IMG/VR virus record: IMGVR_UViG_3300039122_000006
From: a virus
Lineage: Duplodnaviria; Heunggongvirae; Uroviricota; Caudoviricetes
Strand: one strand, 5' to 3'
DNA length: 6,544 nt
Below, piece after piece: positions 1 through 6,544 of this stretch. Every line of letters starts with the position of its first letter. Positions within the stretch are counted from its first letter, which is position 1. The notes under the pieces are model-generated. The model was given only the letters and a program-made list of their open reading frames with translations, ran no database searches and was not told where the DNA came from. The translations under genes were made by a program, and so were the position numbers.

Positions 1-1347
1 GCGCTTGCCTTCCTCCATACCCCTTTCGCCCGCGCGCTTCCCGCCCGACAAAGCGTTAACATTAACGACTACAACCCACACGACTGGATCGCCTCATTTA
101 AACAAGCCTTCAGCGAAGGGCAAACAGTCGTCGTGCCTGCCGGATTGGTTTGTGACAATATCAACACCGGCATCTTTATCCCTCCCGGTAAAACGTTACA
201 CATTCTTGGAAGCTTGCGCGGCAACGGCAGAGGGCGATTTGTCTTACAGGACGGCAGCCAGGTGACAGGGGAGGATGGCGGCAGTATGCATAACATCACC
301 CTGGATGTGCGTGGTTCTGACTGCACCATCAAAGGGCTGACTATGAGCGGCTTTGGCCCGGTGACGCAGATTTATATCGGCGGCAAAAACAAACGGGTCA
401 TGCGCAACCTGATCATCGATAACCTGACCGTTAGCCACGCTAATTACGCCATCTTACGCCAGGGATTTCATAACCAGATTATCGGTGCCAACATCACCAA
501 TTGTAAGTTCAGCGACTTACAAGGCGACGCCATTGAATGGAACGTGGCAATTAACGACCGTGATATTTTGATATCTGACCATGTCATCGAGCGCATCAAC
601 TGTACCAACGGCAAAATCAACTGGGGCATCGGCATAGGCCTTGCGGGAAGCACTTATGATAACAACTACCCGGAAGACCAGGCAGTGAAAAACTTTGTCG
701 TGGCGAATATCACGGGATCGGATTGTCGGCAGTTGATACATGTTGAAAATGGTAAACATTTTGTTATTCGTAATATCAAAGCCCGCAATATCACGCCGGA
801 TTTCAGTAAGAAAGCGGGCATTGATAACGCGACAGTCGCTATTTACGGTTGTGACAATTTCGTGATTGATAATATTGAAATGATTAATAGCGCCGGGATG
901 TTAATCGGCTATGGGGTAATTAAAGGCAAATATCTCTCGATACCGCAAAATTTCCGGGTGAATGATATTCAACTGGATAATACTCATCTTGCTTATAAAT
1001 TGCGCGGCATTCAAATCTCCGCCGGGAATGCTGTTTCCTTTGTGGCGCTAACTAACATTGAGATGAAGCGTGCGTCGCTGGAGTTACACAACAAACCGCA
1101 ACATTTTTTTATGCGAAATATCAATGTGATGCAGGAATCCTCAGTTGGACCCGCATTGAGCATGAACTTTGACATGCGCAAAGACGTTCGTGGTGTTTTT
1201 ATGGCGAAAAAAGAAACACTGCTGTCTCTTGCAAATGTTCATGCGGTGAATGAAAAAGGACAAAGCTCCGTCGATATCGACAGGATTAATCACCATATTG
1301 TTAATGTGGAGAAGATTAACTTTAGATTGCCGGAACTGAGGGAGTAG
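1..1347 (+). CDS. wcaM: Colanic acid biosynthesis protein WcaM, 5'-truncated at the window edge (448 codons visible, stop TAG 1345-1347)
   Basis: Frame 1 is open from nt 1 with no stop until 1345-1347; the ORF track starts at the first internal Met (133) but the translation continues upstream ([29 protein letters not shown]...). The visible start resembles the end of a signal peptide (hydrophobic stretch plus A-R-A). The body has repeated N-I-T / I-x-N-I motifs (HNITLDV, ANITNCK, ANITGSD, RNITPDF, DNIEMIN) typical of a right-handed parallel beta-helix. Position immediately upstream of galF matches the known wca-galF-rfb order. Recognised from memory of WcaM, not from a search. Confidence 0.85.
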
Positions 1348-1456
1348 ATTTGCGACCATTCCTGGAAAAATGGAGTCATACTTAGGAACAATGCTACTGC
1401 AATCCACAACGAAGCGGCGTAACATCACAAGTAATTCAGTAATCAATTCAGGGTAA

Positions 1457-1491
1457 TTGATGCTGGCGAAAAAAATCGAACAAGCTATAAT
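1457..1491 (+). promoter_or_regulatory. Candidate sigma70 promoter for galF: perfect -10 TATAAT at 1486-1491, weak -35
   Basis: TATAAT at 1486-1491 lies 31 nt upstream of the galF ATG. The nearest TTGnnn is TTGATG at 1457-1462, which gives a 23-nt spacer (too long); the 17-nt-spaced hexamer is poor. An A-tract (GCGAAAAAAATCG, 1467-1479) sits between them. Sequence inspection only. Confidence 0.3.
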
Positions 1492-1521
1492 TCAGCAACC
1501 ATTTTACAGGTGGATGAAATA

Positions 1522-2415
1522 ATGACGAATTTAAAAGCAGTTATTCCTGTAGCGGGTCTCGGGATGCATATGTTGCCTGCCACTAAGGCGATACCCAAAG
1601 AGATGCTACCAATCGTCGACAAGCCAATGATTCAGTACATTGTTGACGAGATTGTGGCTGCAGGGATCAAAGAAATCCTCCTGGTAACTCACGCGTCCAA
1701 GAACGCGGTCGAAAACCACTTCGACACCTCTTATGAGTTAGAATCACTCCTTGAGCAGCGCGTGAAGCGTCAACTGCTGGCGGAAGTACAGTCCATCTGT
1801 CCGCCGGGCGTGACCATTATGAACGTGCGTCAGGGCGAACCTTTAGGTTTAGGCCACTCCATTTTGTGTGCGCGACCTGCCATTGGTGACAACCCATTTG
1901 TCGTGGTACTGCCAGACGTTGTGATCGACGATGCCAGCGCCGACCCGCTACGTTACAACCTTGCTGCCATGATTGCACGTTTCAACGAAACGGGCCGCAG
2001 CCAGGTGCTGGCAAAACGTATGCCGGGTGACCTCTCTGAATACTCCGTCATCCAGACTAAAGAGCCGCTGGACCGTGAGGGTAAAGTCAGCCGCATTGTT
2101 GAATTTATCGAAAAACCGGATCAGCCGCAGACGCTGGACTCAGACATCATGGCCGTAGGTCGCTATGTGCTTTCTGCCGATATTTGGCCGGAACTGGAAC
2201 GTACTCAGCCTGGTGCATGGGGACGTATTCAGCTGACTGATGCTATTGCCGAGCTGGCGAAAAAACAATCCGTTGATGCAATGCTGATGACCGGCGACAG
2301 TTACGACTGCGGCAAAAAAATGGGCTATATGCAGGCGTTTGTGAAGTATGGCCTACGCAACCTGAAAGAAGGGGCGAAGTTCCGTAAAGGTATTGAGAAG
2401 CTGTTAAGCGAATAA
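1522..2415 (+). CDS. galF: GalF, UTP-glucose-1-phosphate uridylyltransferase paralogue (297 aa)
   Basis: ATG at 1522 gives [35 protein letters not shown]..., the sugar-nucleotidyltransferase N-terminal fold of GalU/GalF. The track's 1510 start is a GTG four codons upstream; ATG 1522 is preferred because AGG at 1508-1510 sits 11 nt before it and MTNLK is the GalF N-terminus as I recall it. Stop TAA 2413-2415. Located between wcaM and rmlB. Confidence 0.9.
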   Translation: MTNLKAVIPVAGLGMHMLPATKAIPKEMLPIVDKPMIQYIVDEIVAAGIKEILLVTHASKNAVENHFDTSYELESLLEQRVKRQLLAEVQSICPPGVTIMNVRQGEPLGLGHSILCARPAIGDNPFVVVLPDVVIDDASADPLRYNLAAMIARFNETGRSQVLAKRMPGDLSEYSVIQTKEPLDREGKVSRIVEFIEKPDQPQTLDSDIMAVGRYVLSADIWPELERTQPGAWGRIQLTDAIAELAKKQSVDAMLMTGDSYDCGKKMGYMQAFVKYGLRNLKEGAKFRKGIEKLLSE

Positions 2416-2489
2416 TGAAAATCTGACCGGATGTAACGGTTGATAAGAAAATTATAACGGCAGTGAAAATTCGCAGCAAAAGTAATTTG

Positions 2490-2519
2490 TTGCGAATCTT
2501 CCTGCCGTTGTTTTATATA
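2490..2519 (+). promoter_or_regulatory. Candidate sigma70 promoter of the rfb (O-antigen) operon
   Basis: TTGCGA (2490-2495), 17-nt spacer, TTATAT (2513-2518), or alternatively an 18-nt spacer with TATATA (2514-2519). It lies about 155-185 nt upstream of the JUMPstart, consistent with a long leader. Sequence inspection only; the transcription start is not mapped here. Confidence 0.4.
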
Positions 2520-2673
2520 AACCATCAGAATAACAACGAGTTAGCAGTAGGGTTTTATTCAAAGTTTTCCAGGATTTTCCTTGTTTCCAGAGCGGATTGG
2601 TAAGACAATTAGCGTTTGAATTTTTCGGGTTTAGCGCGAGTGGGTAACGCTCGTCACATCATAGGCATGCATG

Positions 2674-2712
2674 CAGTGCTCTGGTAGCTGTAAAGCCAGG
2701 GGCGGTAGCGTG
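2674..2712 (+). promoter_or_regulatory. JUMPstart element (39 nt) in the rfb leader
   Basis: CAGTGCTCTGGTAGCTGTAAAGCCAGGGGCGGTAGCGTG at 2674-2712 matches the JUMPstart sequence found upstream of polysaccharide gene clusters. GGTAGC occurs twice within it (2683-2688 and 2704-2709). Confidence 0.85.
2701..2712 (+). promoter_or_regulatory. ops (operon polarity suppressor) site, the RfaH recruitment and pause signal
   Basis: GGCGGTAGCGTG at 2701-2712 on the non-template strand, 75 nt upstream of the rmlB start; identical to the canonical 12-nt ops element with 8-nt core GGCGGTAG. Confidence 0.85.
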
Positions 2713-2787
2713 CATTAATACCTCTATTAATCAAACTGAGAGCCGCTTATTTCACAGCATGCTCTGAAGTAATATGGAATAAATTAA

Positions 2788-3873
2788 GTGAAAATACTTG
2801 TTACTGGTGGCGCAGGATTTATTGGTTCAGCTGTAGTTCGTCACATTATAAATAATACGCAGGATAGTGTTGTTAATGTCGATAAATTAACGTACGCCGG
2901 AAACCGGGAATCACTTGCTGATGTTTCTGATTCTGAACGCTATGTTTTTGAACATGCGGATATTTGCGATGCACCTGCAATGGCACGGATTTTTGCTCAG
3001 CATCAGCCGGATGCAGTGATGCACCTGGCTGCTGAAAGCCATGTTGACCGTTCAATTACAGGCCCTGCGGCATTTATTGAAACCAATATTGTTGGTACTT
3101 ATGTCCTTTTGGAAGCCGCTCGCAATTACTGGTCTGCTCTTGATAGCGACAAGAAAAATAGCTTCCGTTTTCATCATATTTCTACTGACGAAGTCTATGG
3201 TGATTTGCCTCATCCAGATGAAGTAAATAATACAGAAGAATTACCCTTATTTACTGAGACGACAGCTTACGCGCCAAGCAGCCCTTATTCCGCATCCAAA
3301 GCATCCAGCGATCATTTAGTCCGCGCGTGGAAACGTACATATGGTTTACCGACAATTGTGACTAATTGCTCGAACAACTATGGTCCTTATCATTTCCCGG
3401 AAAAGCTTATTCCACTGGTTATTCTTAATGCACTGGAAGGTAAGGCATTACCTATTTATGGCAAAGGAGATCAGATCCGCGACTGGTTGTATGTTGAAGA
3501 TCATGCGCGTGCGTTATATACCGTCGTAACCGAAGGTAAAGCGGGTGAAACTTATAACATTGGTGGGCACAACGAAAAGAAAAACATCGATGTAGTGCTC
3601 ACTATTTGTGATTTGCTGGATGAGATTGTACCGAAAGAGAAATCTTATCGTGAGCAAATCACTTATGTTGCTGATCGTCCGGGACACGATCGCCGCTATG
3701 CTATTGATGCTGAGAAGATTGGTCGCGCATTGGGATGGAAACCACAGGAAACGTTTGAGAGCGGGATTCGTAAAACGGTGGAATGGTACCTGTCCAATAC
3801 AAAATGGGTTGATAATGTGAAAAGTGGTGCCTATCAATCGTGGATTGAACAGAACTATGAGGGCCGCCAGTAA
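2788..3873 (+). CDS. rfbB: dTDP-glucose 4,6-dehydratase RmlB (361 aa), GTG start
   Basis: GTG at 2788-2790 gives [20 protein letters not shown]... with the Rossmann NAD-binding motif GGAGFIGS; the SDR catalytic motif YSASK and the conserved [10 protein letters not shown] are present. Stop TAA 3871-3873. Only a weak Shine-Dalgarno (GGA 2776-2778). Confidence 0.93.
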
Positions 3874-4772
3874 TGAATATCCTCCTTTTTGGCAAAACAG
3901 GGCAGGTAGGTTGGGAACTACAGCGTGCTCTGGCACCTTTGGGTAATTTGATTGCTTTTGATGTTCACTCTACTGATTATTGCGGTGATTTTAGTAATCC
4001 TGAAGGTGTAGCTGAAACCGTAAGAAGCATTCGGCCGGATATTATTGTCAATGCAGCCGCTCACACCGCAGTAGACAAAGCAGAATCAGAACCGGAGTTT
4101 GCACAATTAATTAACGCAACAAGTGTCGAAGCGATTGCGAAAGCAGCAAATGAAGTTGGAGCCTGGGTTATCCATTACTCGACTGATTACGTCTTCCCTG
4201 GAAATGGCGATATGCCATGGCTGGAGACGGATGCAACCGCACCACTAAATGTTTACGGTGAAACCAAGTTAGCCGGAGAAAAAGCGTTACAGGAATATTG
4301 CGCGAAGCATCTTATTTTCCGGACCAGCTGGGTCTATGCAGGAAAAGGAAATAACTTCGCCAAAACGATGTTACGTCTGGCAAAAGAGCGTGAAGAATTA
4401 GCGGTTATTAACGATCAGTTTGGTGCGCCAACAGGTGCTGAACTGCTGGCTGATTGTACAGCACATGCCATTCGTGTCGCACTGAATAAACCGGATGTCG
4501 CAGGCTTGTACCATTTGGTAGCCAGTGGTACCACAACCTGGTACGATTATGCTGCGCTGGTTTTTGAAGAGGCGCGCAAAGCAGGCATTCCCCTTGCACT
4601 CAACAAGCTCAACGCAGTACCAACAACAGCCTATCCTACACCAGCTCGTCGTCCACATAACTCTCGCCTTAATACAGAAAAATTTCAGCAGAACTTTGCG
4701 CTTGTCTTGCCTGACTGGCAGGTTGGCGTGAAACGAATGCTCAATGAATTATTTACGACTACAGCAATTTAA
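3873..4772 (+). CDS. rfbD: dTDP-4-dehydrorhamnose reductase RmlD (299 aa)
   Basis: ATG at 3873 overlaps the rmlB stop (TAATG). N-terminal GKTGQVGWEL is a GxxGxxG dinucleotide-binding motif; YGETK is the YxxxK catalytic motif. GAGG at 3859-3862 serves as an internal Shine-Dalgarno inside rmlB. Stop TAA 4770-4772. Confidence 0.93.
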   Translation: MNILLFGKTGQVGWELQRALAPLGNLIAFDVHSTDYCGDFSNPEGVAETVRSIRPDIIVNAAAHTAVDKAESEPEFAQLINATSVEAIAKAANEVGAWVIHYSTDYVFPGNGDMPWLETDATAPLNVYGETKLAGEKALQEYCAKHLIFRTSWVYAGKGNNFAKTMLRLAKEREELAVINDQFGAPTGAELLADCTAHAIRVALNKPDVAGLYHLVASGTTTWYDYAALVFEEARKAGIPLALNKLNAVPTTAYPTPARRPHNSRLNTEKFQQNFALVLPDWQVGVKRMLNELFTTTAI

Positions 4773-4781
4773 TAGTTTTTG

Positions 4782-4810
4782 CATCTTGTTCGTGATGGTG
4801 GAGCAAGATG
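4782..4810 (+). other. Predicted RNA stem-loop in the rmlD-rmlA intercistronic region
   Basis: 5' arm CATCTTGTTC (4782-4791), 9-nt loop GTGATGGTG (4792-4800), 3' arm GAGCAAGATG (4801-4810): a 10-bp stem with one G-U pair. Preceded by TTTTT (4776-4780) but not followed by a U-tract, so it is not a canonical intrinsic terminator. It ends 6 nt before the rmlA Shine-Dalgarno (AAGGAA 4817-4822). Confidence 0.4.
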
Positions 4811-4829
4811 AATTAAAAGGAATGATGAA

Positions 4830-5711
4830 ATGAAAATGCGTAAAGGTATTATTTTAGCGGGTGGTTCTGGTACACGTCTTTATCCTGTGACTATGGCTGT
4901 CAGTAAACAGCTATTACCTATTTATGATAAACCGATGATCTATTACCCGCTCTCTACACTGATGTTGGCGGGTATTCGCGATATTTTGATTATCAGTACA
5001 CCTCAGGATACTCCTCGTTTTCAACAATTGCTGGGTGACGGTAGCCAGTGGGGCCTGAATCTTCAGTACAAAGTGCAACCTAGCCCAGATGGCCTCGCGC
5101 AGGCATTTATCATCGGTGAAGAGTTTATTGGTGGTGATGATTGTGCTTTGGTTCTTGGTGATAATATCTTTTACGGTCACGATCTGCCGAAGCTAATGGA
5201 GGCCGCTGTTAACAAAGAAAGTGGTGCAACGGTATTTGCCTATCACGTTAATGATCCAGAACGCTATGGTGTCGTTGAGTTTGATAAAAACGGTACGGCA
5301 ATCAGTCTGGAAGAAAAACCGTTAGAACCAAAGAGTAATTACGCCGTTACAGGTCTGTACTTTTATGATAACGACGTGGTTCAGATGGCGAAAAACTTGA
5401 AGCCGTCTGCACGTGGTGAGTTAGAAATTACAGATATTAACCGTATTTATCTTGAGCAGGGACGTCTGTCTGTCGCGATGATGGGGCGTGGCTACGCGTG
5501 GCTGGACACGGGGACTCATCAGAGTCTGATAGAAGCAAGTAATTTTATTGCGACAATTGAAGAGCGCCAGGGATTGAAGGTTTCCTGTCCTGAAGAGATT
5601 GCATTTCGTAAAGGTTTTATTGATGTTGAGCAAGTAAGAAAATTAGCTGTACCACTAATAAAGAATAATTATGGGCAGTATCTTTATAAAATGACGAAGG
5701 ATTCAAATTAA
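4830..5711 (+). CDS. rfbA: Glucose-1-phosphate thymidylyltransferase RmlA (293 aa)
   Basis: ATG at 4830 gives [21 protein letters not shown]..., carrying the nucleotidyltransferase signature GGxGTRLxP. Shine-Dalgarno AAGGAA at 4817-4822. Stop TAA 5709-5711. Confidence 0.93.
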   Translation: MKMRKGIILAGGSGTRLYPVTMAVSKQLLPIYDKPMIYYPLSTLMLAGIRDILIISTPQDTPRFQQLLGDGSQWGLNLQYKVQPSPDGLAQAFIIGEEFIGGDDCALVLGDNIFYGHDLPKLMEAAVNKESGATVFAYHVNDPERYGVVEFDKNGTAISLEEKPLEPKSNYAVTGLYFYDNDVVQMAKNLKPSARGELEITDINRIYLEQGRLSVAMMGRGYAWLDTGTHQSLIEASNFIATIEERQGLKVSCPEEIAFRKGFIDVEQVRKLAVPLIKNNYGQYLYKMTKDSN

Positions 5712-6268
5712 TGAATGTGATTAGAACTGAAATTGAAGATGTGCTAATTCTGGAGCCAAGAGTATTTGGTGATGATAGAGGTTTCTTTTATGAGAGCTTT
5801 AATCAATCAGCATTTGAACATATTCTAGGCTATCCGGTCAGCTTTGTTCAAGACAATCACTCACGTTCATCAAAAAATGTACTCAGAGGCCTTCACTTTC
5901 AACGCGGCGAGTACGCACAAGATAAACTTGTACGCTGCACTCATGGAGCAGTTTTTGATGTTGCTGTTGATATTCGACCCAATTCGGTATCCTTTGGTAA
6001 ATGGGTTGGTGTTCTGCTTTCAGCTGATAATAAGCAGCAGTTGTGGATACCAAAAGGGTTTGCTCATGGCTTTTTGGTTCTGTCTGATATCGCTGAATTT
6101 CAATATAAAACTACAAACTATTATCATCCTGAAAGCGATTGTGGAATATGTTGGAATGATGAACGCATTGCAATTGATTGGCCCCAAACATCAGGGTTAA
6201 TCCTTTCGCCAAAAGATGAAAGGCTCTTTACGTTAGATGAGCTTATCAGATTAAAATTAATTGCATGA
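5711..6268 (+). CDS. rfbC: dTDP-4-dehydrorhamnose 3,5-epimerase RmlC (185 aa)
   Basis: ATG at 5711 overlaps the rmlA stop (TAATG). Size and sequence ([30 protein letters not shown]...RGLHFQ...) fit the cupin-fold RmlC family. Shine-Dalgarno AGGA at 5698-5701. Stop TGA 6266-6268. Confidence 0.93.
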   Translation: MNVIRTEIEDVLILEPRVFGDDRGFFYESFNQSAFEHILGYPVSFVQDNHSRSSKNVLRGLHFQRGEYAQDKLVRCTHGAVFDVAVDIRPNSVSFGKWVGVLLSADNKQQLWIPKGFAHGFLVLSDIAEFQYKTTNYYHPESDCGICWNDERIAIDWPQTSGLILSPKDERLFTLDELIRLKLIA

Positions 6269-6544
6269 ATACGAATAAATTATCTTTAAGAAGAAACGTT
6301 ATATATCTGGCTGTCGTTCAAGGTAGCAATTATCTTTTACCATTGCTTACATTTCCATATCTTGTAAGAACACTTGGTCCTGAAAATTTCGGTATATTCG
6401 GTTTTTGCCAAGCGACTATGCTATATATGATAATGTTTGTTGAATATGGTTTCAATCTCACAGCAACTCAGAGTATTGCCAAAGCAGCAGATAGTAAAGA
6501 TAAAGTAACGTCTATTTTTTGGGCGGTGATATTTTCAAAAATAG
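6265..6544 (+). CDS. wzx: O-antigen flippase Wzx/RfbX, 3'-truncated at the window edge (93 codons visible)
   Basis: ATG at 6265-6267 overlaps the rmlC stop (ATGA). Frame 1 is open to the window end, so the gene is absent from the ORF track. Translation MNTNKLSLRRNVIYLAVVQGSNYLLPLLTFPYLVRTLGPENFGIFGFCQATMLYMIMFVEYGFNLTATQSIAKAADSKDKVTSIFWAVIFSKI is hydrophobic with TM-like segments, typical of a MOP-family polysaccharide transporter. AT-rich, as is usual for O-unit processing genes. From memory it resembles E. coli K-12 RfbX; not verified. Confidence 0.75.
   Translation, partial: MNTNKLSLRRNVIYLAVVQGSNYLLPLLTFPYLVRTLGPENFGIFGFCQATMLYMIMFVEYGFNLTATQSIAKAADSKDKVTSIFWAVIFSKI

Noticed and set aside
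5-265. ORF-track entry of 86 aa on the + strand at the left edge
   Set aside because: It is in a different frame from the long open frame that runs from nt 1 to 1347 (wcaM) and overlaps it entirely; it has no independent support and is a frame artefact.
1141-1446. 101-aa ORF on the - strand overlapping the wcaM 3' end
   Set aside because: Antisense to wcaM coding sequence with low-complexity translation; no start context. Treated as spurious.
1510-1521. GTG at 1510 as the galF start (the track's MDEIMTNLK)
   Set aside because: The ATG at 1522 has better spacing to the upstream AGG/GGTGG and gives the MTNLK N-terminus expected for GalF; the four extra codons are not supported.
2431-2459. TTGATA (2440-2445) and TATAAC (2453-2458) as a possible promoter just after galF
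   Set aside because: The spacer between the hexamers is only 7 nt, incompatible with a sigma70 promoter.
2637-2653. Hairpin in the rfb leader as a possible intrinsic terminator or attenuator
   Set aside because: Short stem with a G-U pair and no downstream U-tract, so it is not a canonical rho-independent terminator; kept only as a low-interest structural note.
3514-3936. 140-aa ORF on the - strand antisense to the rmlB 3' end and rmlD 5' end
   Set aside because: It lies wholly antisense to two strongly conserved enzyme genes, has no recognisable motifs or ribosome-binding site, and is the size expected by chance opposite a coding region.
5844-6200. 118-aa ORF on the + strand in an alternate frame inside rmlC
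   Set aside because: Fully embedded in rmlC in another frame; the AT-rich sequence lowers stop-codon frequency in some frames. No evidence of a true overlapping gene.
1-6544. Search for a novel defence or accessory system, mobile element, CRISPR array, tRNA or toxin-antitoxin pair
   Set aside because: All coding capacity is accounted for by wcaM, galF, rmlBDAC and wzx. I saw no direct-repeat/spacer arrays, no terminal inverted repeats or transposase or integrase ORFs, and no tRNA-like sequence. The honest reading is a conserved, well-characterised polysaccharide locus.

Overview
This window is the well-known enterobacterial junction between the end of the colanic acid (wca) cluster and the start of the O-antigen (rfb) cluster; I did not find a previously undescribed system in it. 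Every gene is on the + strand: wcaM (3' portion, running off the left edge), galF, a 372-nt regulatory leader carrying a candidate promoter and a JUMPstart/ops element, then the dTDP-L-rhamnose operon in the order rmlB-rmlD-rmlA-rmlC, and the first 93 codons of an O-antigen flippase (wzx/rfbX) running off the right edge. From memory, the gene order and the Wzx N-terminus look like the Escherichia coli K-12 (O16-type) arrangement, but that needs a database search to confirm. All long ORFs are accounted for by these genes, the antisense and alternate-frame ORFs in the track look spurious, and I saw no CRISPR array, tRNA, IS end or integrase. The points most worth a second look are regulatory and evolutionary: the ops site, a stem-loop in the only non-overlapping gene junction (rmlD-rmlA), the drop in GC content across the rml genes into wzx, the GalF active-site substitutions, and the poorly understood beta-helix protein WcaM.
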